In this document: positions 30,829-39,589 of the stretch, piece after piece
How the letters are laid out: every line of letters starts with the position of its first letter
Position numbering within the stretch: the stretch's first letter is position 1
From: a bacterium UBP8_UBA817
GTDB lineage: Bacteria; Margulisbacteria; Marinamargulisbacteria; SXXA01; SICP01
NCBI GenBank assembly: GCA_945898045.1
Contig: CAMDGG010000002.1
Coordinates: forward strand, 19,231-83,230
Length of the DNA stretch: 64,000 bases
Direction: 5' to 3'
Translations under genes and position numbers: made by a program
The notes under the pieces: generated by a model
The model's database searches: none
What the model was told of the DNA's origin: nothing
Seen by the model: the letters and a program-made list of their open reading frames with translations, nothing else

Positions 30829-31940
30829 AAAATCATCAAGCCACGATGAATTTTATTACCAGTCAGCGTTTCAGAAATATCACTTAATCCGGTCTTAAAA
30901 TCCATTTCTAAATACTCAAATACACTAATCGCACCTGGGCCCAACAAAGATTCAAAACGTTTCTTCACCTGACCAGAATTATCGGGATTATAAACCAAAA
31001 ATTTTCTCAAGAGCCTATCCCCAGCTGTACCTAATCCAAACAAATGTTTAAAAAATGAATCTGTTTCTGGGAGCGAAAATCCAATAACAACTATATATTC
31101 AGCTTTCCCCAATTCATCTGCAGCTTTTTTCCAAATAGTAGACAAAGAATTGTGATAACCCGACTTATTCCATGTAGGCGGAACAATAAAAGACGTAGGG
31201 CTTTGCTTCACAGAACGTTCACTAAAATTATTGGTTAATTTTTCACTAAGAATCAAAGGTCCGTTTCGTCCGATATTATCCCAACTATTAAAATCTTTTT
31301 TGGCATCACTTAAAAAATCTGCCACCTGATATACCTTCACCTCAGATTTTTGACTTACCCAATTCAAAGAACCATGAAGTTTAAATAAATTACAAAATTT
31401 AGACTTTTTAATATTTGAATCAAACCCATAATAAGGAGTTAAATCTGAATTCTGTAAAGCAATATCAAGAGCAACATCATAATTAAAAGTCAATATGGAT
31501 GATTCAAAGTTATACTTATTAAGGTTCTTTAATAATTCCACAAATCCACCGTAACTCCCAGAAGAGGAAAATACACCCGAATTATCTATAGAAAATAAAA
31601 TTGATTGTTCAAGAGTTGAGACTATAACTCTCACAAGAGAGGCTATCAGCTTCTTAATATCTTTCTGTGGATAATCTGGCAACTTGTTGATTAATTGAGA
31701 AAACTCAAAAAGAGTATAAATAGACTCAATATTATTCAAATCCAGTAGTGATTTAGAATGAATTTTTTGAAGCTTTTGGATAGCAAAAAAAACTTGTTCA
31801 AATTCTATCCTGTACTTTTCCACTTTTCCTTCTAACAATAAATCTCTAGATACATTCAAAAAATCTTTCATGAGAGGCGCACCACAATCTTGAGATGCTC
31901 CCGCACCTAAAATAAAAACTATTTTCTTAGTTGCTGACAT
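30825..31940 (-). CDS. SIR2-like (SIR2_2/DUF4020-type) domain protein with a ~170 aa uncharacterised C-terminal region. Candidate NAD+-depleting defence effector.
   Basis: KKIVFILGAGASQDCGAPLMKDF (GAGxS motif), LTFNYDVALDIAL, FKLHGSLNW. Overlaps both neighbours (ATGA at 30825-30828; 14 nt overlap at 31927-31940). Confidence 0.7.
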   Translation of the reverse strand: MSATKKIVFILGAGASQDCGAPLMKDFLNVSRDLLLEGKVEKYRIEFEQVFFAIQKLQKIHSKSLLDLNNIESIYTLFEFSQLINKLPDYPQKDIKKLIASLVRVIVSTLEQSILFSIDNSGVFSSSGSYGGFVELLKNLNKYNFESSILTFNYDVALDIALQNSDLTPYYGFDSNIKKSKFCNLFKLHGSLNWVSQKSEVKVYQVADFLSDAKKDFNSWDNIGRNGPLILSEKLTNNFSERSVKQSPTSFIVPPTWNKSGYHNSLSTIWKKAADELGKAEYIVVIGFSLPETDSFFKHLFGLGTAGDRLLRKFLVYNPDNSGQVKKRFESLLGPGAISVFEYLEMDFKTGLSDISETLTGNKIHRGLMIL

Positions 31941-32307
31941 TTTTAATCCCCCCTAGCAAAAAATACGGCGAAATGAATCTGAGTAATTGTATAGCCTCAT
32001 AAGAATTAACCCGATAGCCAACGGCAATGATGGCATCAAGATTATAGAAATTGGTTTGGTAGGTTTTTCCGTCTTCGGCAGTATGCGCAAAAATTGCACT
32101 AACTGAATCTCCGCTTAATTCTTCCTCTGAAAAGATGTTTTTAAGGTGCTTTGTGATAACAGTACGATCAACGCCAAACAACTCGGCCATCTTTTTCTGA
32201 GACAACCAAATCGTTTCATCCTGAAAAACTACCTCAACCTTAACCTCTCCCTTTGGAGAGGTATACATCAAAAACTGAGATTCAACAGGCAGTAAATCTT
32301 TATCCAA
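31927..32307 (-). pseudogene. Truncated RhuM-family N-terminal domain paralog (126 aa). It either reads into or was replaced by the SIR2-like gene.
   Basis: About 60% identical to the N-terminus of the 29815-30828 protein (FLMYTSPKGEVKVEV...YNLDAIIAVGYRVNS) and lacks the C-terminal two-thirds. Confidence 0.6.
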
Positions 32308-32395
32308 AAAAAATTCCTTTTAACCCTTATAAATTAAATAACAGCAGAAATTATAAAGTATTAAAAGAAATTAATCTTGTCTACAAAAAACAGCC

Positions 32396-33178
32396 TTACT
32401 CTTCCTCATGAGACCCAGCTGGCACAAGCCCCGTCCCCAAAACATACGTTCCGGTTAAATAGGGATACACCAACGGGGCAAAATAGAGCGCTTTTGCTAT
32501 GCCTTCTTGATTAAATGCTTTGGGCTTACTCCCAAATCCAAACCCCACATGAAACGCTATATCAGGCACATCCGCATATTCACGTCGGTTGTGTGAAACA
32601 GGCGATCGTATATAAGACAATGTTAATTTAGTATCCAAGGTAACAAAATAAATATCGTTATCCCAAACCAGGCGCTCATAATTAAACTGTATCGTTGGCC
32701 CCCCCAAATAAAACCCCGTCAAGCCCTTTTGAAAGAAAAGGGGACGCCCTGCTATTTGTACATCGGGATGTGCATAGGCAACCCCAAGTCCAAACCTAAA
32801 CCGATCATCCCCATACCGCTTCCCAAAATTGTAATACAACAAATTATATCCATCACTAATACTTAAATAAGTCACAATATCATTGGTATTAGCCAAATAA
32901 ACTTTATGGTGAATTAATTCAAATCCCTGCCCATTTTCTCCATGCCAATCTTCTAGTCGAAAAATCCACCAGTGAGAATCTGAAAATGATTTATTTTGAT
33001 AAACTGCATTAATAGATTGATCCGGTAAATCTTCTAATTTTATTGTTAAGCGATTAGGAAGACTCATCGATCCGCCCATAAACGTAGACAAGTGCCAACC
33101 ATCTTGGTTCTCAGAAAAAACACTTCCAGAAATCAAGAAAAATAACGCCAAAATAATCCCTCGCAATTGCAACCTCAT
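32396..33178 (-). CDS. Hypothetical outer-membrane or secreted beta-rich protein
   Basis: Signal peptide MRLQLRGIILALFFLISGSVFS; aromatic- and Gly-rich beta-strand pattern. Confidence 0.4.
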   Translation of the reverse strand: MRLQLRGIILALFFLISGSVFSENQDGWHLSTFMGGSMSLPNRLTIKLEDLPDQSINAVYQNKSFSDSHWWIFRLEDWHGENGQGFELIHHKVYLANTNDIVTYLSISDGYNLLYYNFGKRYGDDRFRFGLGVAYAHPDVQIAGRPLFFQKGLTGFYLGGPTIQFNYERLVWDNDIYFVTLDTKLTLSYIRSPVSHNRREYADVPDIAFHVGFGFGSKPKAFNQEGIAKALYFAPLVYPYLTGTYVLGTGLVPAGSHEEE

Positions 33179-33191
33179 ACATTACTCCTTA

Positions 33192-34055
33192 TCAAATTTT
33201 ATTAAGTTCCAGCCAACGGTCTACTTTATGTAAATACCGCGTCATTAAAAGTGAAATCCCCCGAGGTTCATTACCATTTCCATGAACCAAAACCACGCTG
33301 CCATTCTTAGGAACTTCACCCTTCGCAAGCCAGGCATCACTACCCAACGCAATTAAGTGCAAGTCACGCAACTTTACCTTTAAAATATCAGAGGAAATCA
33401 GTCCTGGAAATCGAAAAAAAACAGACGGCACAATACCTACCGCCAACATCTGCTGCTCATTTTTCAAAACCTCGTCTTCCAAGACAATACCCGAACTTCG
33501 CATAAAATCAGGCTTCACCGGATGGCTCAAAGAATGATTCACCCACGTCACACGCACTCTTCCCTCCGACGCCTGACGCTTAAGCCACACCAAATCTTCC
33601 GCATGTTGAGACAACCACACCCCAGTCACAGCTATCGCCATAGGAATAGGCGCTTCAGAACTCGGCAACTGCGTAATCACCTCCCGCACAAAAGGTTTCT
33701 TACTCGGACACAAATCCACAGTCAAAAATAATCCATTCACCGAAGACCCCGAATGCCGAACTTCACCAGAAGAAACCAATCGCATAAAACGGGACTGCGA
33801 AACACGTTTCTCAGACACTTTTTTAGACAAAAACAGATCAATCTCTGTCGCCATTTTCACCTCTGTCTCGAGAGTATCTGGCGAGACAATTAAATATTCA
33901 GGATGTCCATCTTGCTCGAACGATCTCAGCGCAATGTGAAGCTGACCATTGGCATCGTTAAATGGAATGAAGATAGGTTTATAGCTAGAAATCTGAGAAG
34001 CAAAAGAAATCCCGCAAAAGAATATAGAAATTACACAGACGCTTCTAAAAATCAT
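33192..34055 (-). CDS. Secreted CE4/NodB-type polysaccharide deacetylase-like protein with a degenerate motif 1
   Basis: NodB motifs: TVDLC (where TFDDG is expected), HSLSHP, FRFPG, LGSDAWL and VVLVHGN. Signal peptide. Confidence 0.5.
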   Translation of the reverse strand: MIFRSVCVISIFFCGISFASQISSYKPIFIPFNDANGQLHIALRSFEQDGHPEYLIVSPDTLETEVKMATEIDLFLSKKVSEKRVSQSRFMRLVSSGEVRHSGSSVNGLFLTVDLCPSKKPFVREVITQLPSSEAPIPMAIAVTGVWLSQHAEDLVWLKRQASEGRVRVTWVNHSLSHPVKPDFMRSSGIVLEDEVLKNEQQMLAVGIVPSVFFRFPGLISSDILKVKLRDLHLIALGSDAWLAKGEVPKNGSVVLVHGNGNEPRGISLLMTRYLHKVDRWLELNKI

Positions 34056-34059
34056 CGAA

Positions 34060-35439
34060 TTACAACCGCATCATAAGCGCATCATATTCGATATGTGCTT
34101 TTTTTAATTCCAATGTGTACTTTAAGTTATCAATTTTGGCTTTTGTTAGATTCTGCTCACGAATATTCAAGATAAACATGTCGCTATCCCCATGTAGGAA
34201 TTTCTTTTGTTCTGCTACAACCATTTTTTGCGCAACTTCTATTTCTAAGTTGCTATTTTTGACGGTTTTTTCTGCCGTTAAAATACGTTCATGCACTATA
34301 GCCAAGTCTTGCTTGAGCTGATCAATAATCAGAGACGTTTTGAGCGACAGCTGTCGTTTCTTACTGTCTAGCGCATCTCGCTTTGCACCTTTTTCTCTAC
34401 GTTCGATGGGCGTTGAAATACTCAGCTTAACTTTGCCCTCATCCTGCAAACTACCACTTCCATTACCAGAATCCGAAGAATACTCATAACTTAAATCAAC
34501 CGCTGGCAAATTCTGATTTTCATACAACGCGATCTCATTTTGAAGTTGCTTTATCTGTGTGTCTAAATCAAAAAGAAAGGGATGGATATCAAGCAACTGG
34601 ACAATATCTTGCGTAGGTTGAATCGGGTAACGCAGTGCGTAATCTTGTGTATCAGGGATGGTGTAATGATTACACGACGTAACAAGTCCCTCTGGATCTC
34701 GCACATAAAGCGCTAACATGCGCTTCTGAATTTCTAAATCTCGATCTGCTTCCATTAATTGATTTTGACGTTGTAACAAATATTGCAAATTTTCAATGAG
34801 ATAAATGTCCGGCAAGTCCCCTTTTTTGACCCGCGCCTTAATGATCTCTTGGCGTTTATTGGCCAGCTCGTACAATCCAACATATTCCATTTTCAACTGA
34901 TACGCATAGATCCAAGTCCAATACTCTTTTGATGCTTTTTGCAGAACAGATTGCACAACAAAGCGCTGTTGTTGGTATTGGTTCACTAGATCTAGCTCTG
35001 CATTAGTCAAAGTGGTTCGCTTGGCATCTATCCAGCTATCACGTAGCACAGAGAGAGAAATGCCCAATCCAGTTTCTCCACGGCTTCGGGTGTTGAATTG
35101 GTCTTCATATGTCGGGAATGTCCCGCTTGATTGCCTATAGTGTCCATATACTTTTGCATTAGCAAAATAAAGTGGTTTTTCTATTGAGGCTTTGCCATAT
35201 TGACCCGTGTAATATCCTTCGGTTCGGCTGGCATTTTCGTATTTTATTTTTGTATCAAATTGTCCTGCAGCACTTTGTTGTTCGAAACGTCGTTGTTCAA
35301 TGGCTTCTGTAGCCGACAAAACGCTTGGAAAGTGTCTCATTACCGAGTCTTTCACATCCTTTTCGTATAATACAGTTTGTGCAGAAAGTGTTGAAATGCA
35401 TAGACAAACGATGATTAAAACAAAAAAAAGTGACTTCAT
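34060..35439 (-). CDS. TolC-family outer membrane efflux protein
   Basis: Signal peptide, two repeated coiled-coil/beta-barrel halves, 459 aa. Confidence 0.75.
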   Translation of the reverse strand: MKSLFFVLIIVCLCISTLSAQTVLYEKDVKDSVMRHFPSVLSATEAIEQRRFEQQSAAGQFDTKIKYENASRTEGYYTGQYGKASIEKPLYFANAKVYGHYRQSSGTFPTYEDQFNTRSRGETGLGISLSVLRDSWIDAKRTTLTNAELDLVNQYQQQRFVVQSVLQKASKEYWTWIYAYQLKMEYVGLYELANKRQEIIKARVKKGDLPDIYLIENLQYLLQRQNQLMEADRDLEIQKRMLALYVRDPEGLVTSCNHYTIPDTQDYALRYPIQPTQDIVQLLDIHPFLFDLDTQIKQLQNEIALYENQNLPAVDLSYEYSSDSGNGSGSLQDEGKVKLSISTPIERREKGAKRDALDSKKRQLSLKTSLIIDQLKQDLAIVHERILTAEKTVKNSNLEIEVAQKMVVAEQKKFLHGDSDMFILNIREQNLTKAKIDNLKYTLELKKAHIEYDALMMRL

Positions 35440-36539
35440 TTAAATTTTATCTTTTTTTTCACAACTTCTTTGTCGTCTGAATGGTGAGAAACCTCAGGCA
35501 AGGGTGGGAAATTATTAAGTTTTCGCCAGATTTCGTATCCCGTACTAACCTGATTAAGCAATACCCAACCAGACGCCTGTGCGCCTACACGCAAATATTG
35601 GGAATCTGGCCAAGCGTTATCTTCCTTATCCGGGATAACAATAATGCGTAATTTACCGTTTTCAGAAATAAATTGATCAACAATTTTTACGACGCCTCCG
35701 AATGTATTAATAGCAGTAGACGGCCAACCGCTAAATTGAATAGCGGGCCATCCTTCAAATTGCAACCGCACTTTTCTACCAGGGTAAACCAGACGCATAT
35801 CATTTGGATCAATATACATTTCTACAGCTGGCCGAACTAAAATAGGTACAAAAGTTGCAATAGACTGCCCCTCTTTAATGCGTGCAGACAAACTACTAAA
35901 TTGAGCAATATAAATAAATCCATCTTGTGGCGCCGTAATAATCTGTGTGTTTTGCCGAGACAATTTGACTTCGGCTTGCGCTAATTTAGCCGCAGATTCG
36001 GATTGTTTTGCGCGCACTTCTTCTAATTTTATTCTGGATTCTTCGAACGTTTTTCTTGAGCTAATTCCCTCTTCAAATAATTTCTTTTGCCGATTGAAAT
36101 TGAGTTGCGCCGTTTGTGTCACAATTGCCAGCGATTCATACTGTTCACGAAAAGAATCTCTTTCCTGAAGAATACGCTCTATTAATTCCGGGTCATTATC
36201 TAGAATCTCAACAAGTTTTTGGCCTTTTTTTACAGCTTGCCCATCTATGACGTACCACTCTTTTATGCGGCCACTCACCAGAGCCGTGATTTGTGTCTGC
36301 CGCTCATTGGGACTAAAAGCAATTAAACGACCTTTCCCATAGGAAGTTTGAAACCACGGGGTTAATACCGTAAATAAGCTAAGCAACAAAAAAATGATGA
36401 GCAAATACTTAATAGATTTCATATATGGCGGGCGTTCTGTATAGTCGTTTAACAATGAGAAATAACGCAGAGTGCTCGGCTCGAATTCGATATCATGGAT
36501 ATCTGGGAATTCTGACTTATGATTGGATGTATGCATCAT
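35436..36539 (-). CDS. HlyD-family membrane fusion (periplasmic adaptor) protein
   Basis: N-terminal transmembrane segment, long coiled-coil, HlyD-like lipoyl and beta-barrel regions. Translationally coupled to the tolC-like gene. Confidence 0.75.
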   Translation of the reverse strand: MMHTSNHKSEFPDIHDIEFEPSTLRYFSLLNDYTERPPYMKSIKYLLIIFLLLSLFTVLTPWFQTSYGKGRLIAFSPNERQTQITALVSGRIKEWYVIDGQAVKKGQKLVEILDNDPELIERILQERDSFREQYESLAIVTQTAQLNFNRQKKLFEEGISSRKTFEESRIKLEEVRAKQSESAAKLAQAEVKLSRQNTQIITAPQDGFIYIAQFSSLSARIKEGQSIATFVPILVRPAVEMYIDPNDMRLVYPGRKVRLQFEGWPAIQFSGWPSTAINTFGGVVKIVDQFISENGKLRIIVIPDKEDNAWPDSQYLRVGAQASGWVLLNQVSTGYEIWRKLNNFPPLPEVSHHSDDKEVVKKKIKFK

Positions 36540-38205
36540 AGGACTTCCTGTCTTCCAAGAGTTTTAATCCGGCTTGATCACATGCCATATAATGGTCAAA
36601 TAAGTAGGCATCATGATAGGTATTACTAAAGTAAATCAGGGTAATATCAGGGTTAGAGTCTAAGTGCGCAAAGAGTGCTTTGTTGTGAAGCGCCGCAAAG
36701 CTAATATGATGGTTCATCATAATGTATTTGGACTTATTGAGTATGGCTCGGCCTAACTTTAAGAGAACCAATTCTCGGTGGGTAAGAGGAGATCCATTAG
36801 AATCCAGCACCGTATCAACCCCATCTTCTAGTTGGGTAATCGTATCCATAATTCCCACTCGGGTCAGTATTTCTGTGATTTTAATCGTATCCGGATCTTC
36901 TAATCCATAAGATAGATATTCTTTGATACTCAGATTTAGAATCTCTGACTCGTCGATAATAGAAATACCTTGCCTATAATAATGGATATCGATGTCATCA
37001 AGCAGTTCATTATTAACACTAACCACACCTTTTTCCGGAGCATAGAATCCCATTAAGCTACCAATAAGAAGATTTTTATATTCTCTTTGGACTGTTGCAA
37101 TCAGTGTTCGAGATCCTTTTTTAAACGTGTGATTTATTTCTATCTCTTCATTAAAGAGAGCGAATTTAGCACCTTTATACGCTATCGTTTCTGGAACCAA
37201 AATCATGCGTCCCGTCATGTCTTGTTCTATATCAAATCGATAAAACGAGATCAATTTTTCACAAGACGCCTGTAAGTCATAAAAACTTCCCAGATAGGAA
37301 CCTGATTTTGCAAGATTTGCAAAGATAGATGAAAAAATAATTTCAGTGGCAACAAGTTGTCCCAACGACAATTGCCCATTGAGCACAAAATATCCAGAAA
37401 TAAACAATAAAATAGAGTTTCCTAAAACATATAACCCAAGAAGATAACAAATTTGTGAAAAGAGATGTTTAAAATGATTCTTTCGTGCATCGATATAATA
37501 ACCAGTAAGGGTATTCGACCGTTTGGTTGCGTAGTTTTTCATTTGTTTTGATTTAAATAAGAGATGATTTCTGCCCATATCCAACAACCAATCTGCGGTT
37601 TGATACTTTTGATCAGATTCGTCAATAGCATAGGCAATCGCTTGCTTCGAATGTCCTTTCCAGATTGCGTACAAAATGAGCAAAACAATACAATTGAAAA
37701 GTAAAAATACAGGATGATAAAACGAGGTCAGTATCACACCGGCTAAAATCTGAAGTGCCAGTGAATATCCACCGATCAGTACATAAGGAAGCGATTTATC
37801 AATTGAGATAATTTCAAAAAATTTCTGCATCAGAGTCGTTCTGTTGATGCCCTGCAATGCAGCATATTTGGCATAAACCACTCGGGTCGTCATCAACGCC
37901 ACAATGCGTGCAAAGAACCGTCTACGAAATACTTCCGCGATATATTCTTGAATGCCATACGACACCGCAGACAACGTTAAGATCACCAACAAAACAACCG
38001 ATACAGTAATAAGCCGCTGCAAGACCCCAACGTTGGCAATCGAGTTGATTAACGCCTGTATCGATAAAGGCAGTATAAGACTAAGTACCGTAACCACTGC
38101 ACCGTACACAAAAAGGAGAAAGTAATAGTTTTTTTCTGGGCCAAGAATAATACCCAGAACACTTTTATAGTTAATGAGAGATAATTTCTTCATTTTCAAA
38201 AGCAC
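36517..38205 (-). CDS. ABC-exporter-like protein (type I secretion HlyB-like transmembrane domain) with a fully degenerate, presumably non-catalytic nucleotide-binding domain
   Basis: Six-TM exporter transmembrane domain. NBD-like C-terminus in which Walker A, the signature motif (LTHRE where LSGGQ is expected), Walker B (IMMNHH where ILLDE is expected) and the H-loop are all lost. Confidence 0.6.
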   Translation of the reverse strand: MLLKMKKLSLINYKSVLGIILGPEKNYYFLLFVYGAVVTVLSLILPLSIQALINSIANVGVLQRLITVSVVLLVILTLSAVSYGIQEYIAEVFRRRFFARIVALMTTRVVYAKYAALQGINRTTLMQKFFEIISIDKSLPYVLIGGYSLALQILAGVILTSFYHPVFLLFNCIVLLILYAIWKGHSKQAIAYAIDESDQKYQTADWLLDMGRNHLLFKSKQMKNYATKRSNTLTGYYIDARKNHFKHLFSQICYLLGLYVLGNSILLFISGYFVLNGQLSLGQLVATEIIFSSIFANLAKSGSYLGSFYDLQASCEKLISFYRFDIEQDMTGRMILVPETIAYKGAKFALFNEEIEINHTFKKGSRTLIATVQREYKNLLIGSLMGFYAPEKGVVSVNNELLDDIDIHYYRQGISIIDESEILNLSIKEYLSYGLEDPDTIKITEILTRVGIMDTITQLEDGVDTVLDSNGSPLTHRELVLLKLGRAILNKSKYIMMNHHISFAALHNKALFAHLDSNPDITLIYFSNTYHDAYLFDHYMACDQAGLKLLEDRKSYDAYIQS

Positions 38206-38263
38206 ATTCTAACAAATTCCTTTCATCTTGTGGATTCTAATTACAATTACGATATTAAAGTGT

Positions 38264-38535
38264 ATTAAGTCCCTAGTAGTGGTCTACTGTATGTGAATAC
38301 CGTGTCATTAAAAGTGAAATCACACTACCCTTCTTAGGCACTTCCCCCTTCGCAAGCCAGGCATCGCTACCCAACGCAATTACTCAGCATGACCATCTTG
38401 CTCGAACGATCTTAGTGCGATGTGAAGTTGGCCATGAACATCATTAAATGAAAGAAAGATAGGTTTATAGTTAAAAATCTGATCAGAAAAAGAATATAGA
38501 AATTACACAGAAGATTCTAAAAATCATCGAATTAC
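38264..38535 (-). pseudogene. Internally deleted copy (3' end joined to 5' end) of the CE4 deacetylase-like gene at 33192-34055
   Basis: 38264-38400 aligns to 33203-33355, and 38395-38535 aligns to 33899-34058, at roughly 85-90% identity. About 540 bp of the interior is missing. Confidence 0.75.
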
Positions 38536-38764
38536 TATATTAGATTCCTACAAAAAGTCATATTTTATTAATGCAAATTGAGCATTACATTAACACTCAC
38601 CCTCCAAACCTCCCTCTTTGTTTATAGAGAGGAGGATTTAGGTGGTGAGTATTAAATACACAACTCATCGCAAAAGATCTAAAAAGAAATCAATTCTACA
38701 CAGAAACTCATACAGAAATCCAAAAAGCCCCCGAATGGTTGGCGGATTTTTCGTTGGATTAAAC

Positions 38765-39421
38765 TTACCTAACCCCAATAAACTTATGCGTCTGTGCAAT
38801 CACCCTTACATCTGTCAAATATTTCGAGCACAAATCAAACGCGCGATACACATCATCCACCGTCGCTTTTTCATGGACGTTCGCAAACGGCGTCACAGGC
38901 TGCAAAACCAACGGCACTTTGCCATCAAATGAACTCAAAAACTGGGCTACAAATTCCAAATCTTTTTTGGGAAAATCTTTCATTAAAATATATTTCACAT
39001 ACACATTCGGGCGACCCCGCAAGACTTCCATAAACGCCGAAAACTCTTTCTCAAACCCTGGCTTATAATCCACCGAAAAATACGTAAATAAATCGATTAC
39101 TTCCAATAATTTATCAGGCAAGAGTCCATTGGTTTCTAAATAAAGAGGGAACGGTAAAATAGGCGCCAATTCTTTAATTGCAGAGGTGTGCAAAAGAGGT
39201 TCTCCACCCGTGATTGAAATCGAATGAATCGGCTTATCTAAAAACGGCCGAATTTGCTCCTGAACCCAAGCCAGCGACACGTTTTTGCGATCTTTGGCGA
39301 AGTCCGGTTCATCACAATAAGAACAGTGAATATTACAGCCATAAAACCGAATAAAAATTTGAGGATATCCGATCCACGGACCTTCGCCCTGAAACGAATA
39401 GAAAAGTTCTTTAACGTACAT
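38765..39421 (-). CDS. queE: 7-carboxy-7-deazaguanine synthase (radical SAM)
   Basis: FQGEGPWIGYPQIFIRFYGCNIHCSYCDEP. Confidence 0.85.
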   Translation of the reverse strand: MYVKELFYSFQGEGPWIGYPQIFIRFYGCNIHCSYCDEPDFAKDRKNVSLAWVQEQIRPFLDKPIHSISITGGEPLLHTSAIKELAPILPFPLYLETNGLLPDKLLEVIDLFTYFSVDYKPGFEKEFSAFMEVLRGRPNVYVKYILMKDFPKKDLEFVAQFLSSFDGKVPLVLQPVTPFANVHEKATVDDVYRAFDLCSKYLTDVRVIAQTHKFIGVR

Positions 39422-39589
39422 AGTCTGGCATCATATCGAAAGATGCTGCTTAATCCAAGCGCGCCATGTCTCAAGCACAAGAGGCCCCCCATCATTCCCT
39501 CGACAAATAAAAAAATCCAAATCATACTAAAGTAGGTTTGAATTAAATATAAATTTATATAACTGATAAATAAGCGACAGGGACTTCAC

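Noticed and set aside
28549-32400. Looked for a tyrosine integrase and an ssrA 3'-end direct repeat (attL/attR) bounding the ssrA-adjacent cassette
   Set aside because: No integrase-like ORF and no recognisable copy of the tmRNA 3' end is visible downstream of 32307. The locus cannot be called an intact integrative element or prophage.
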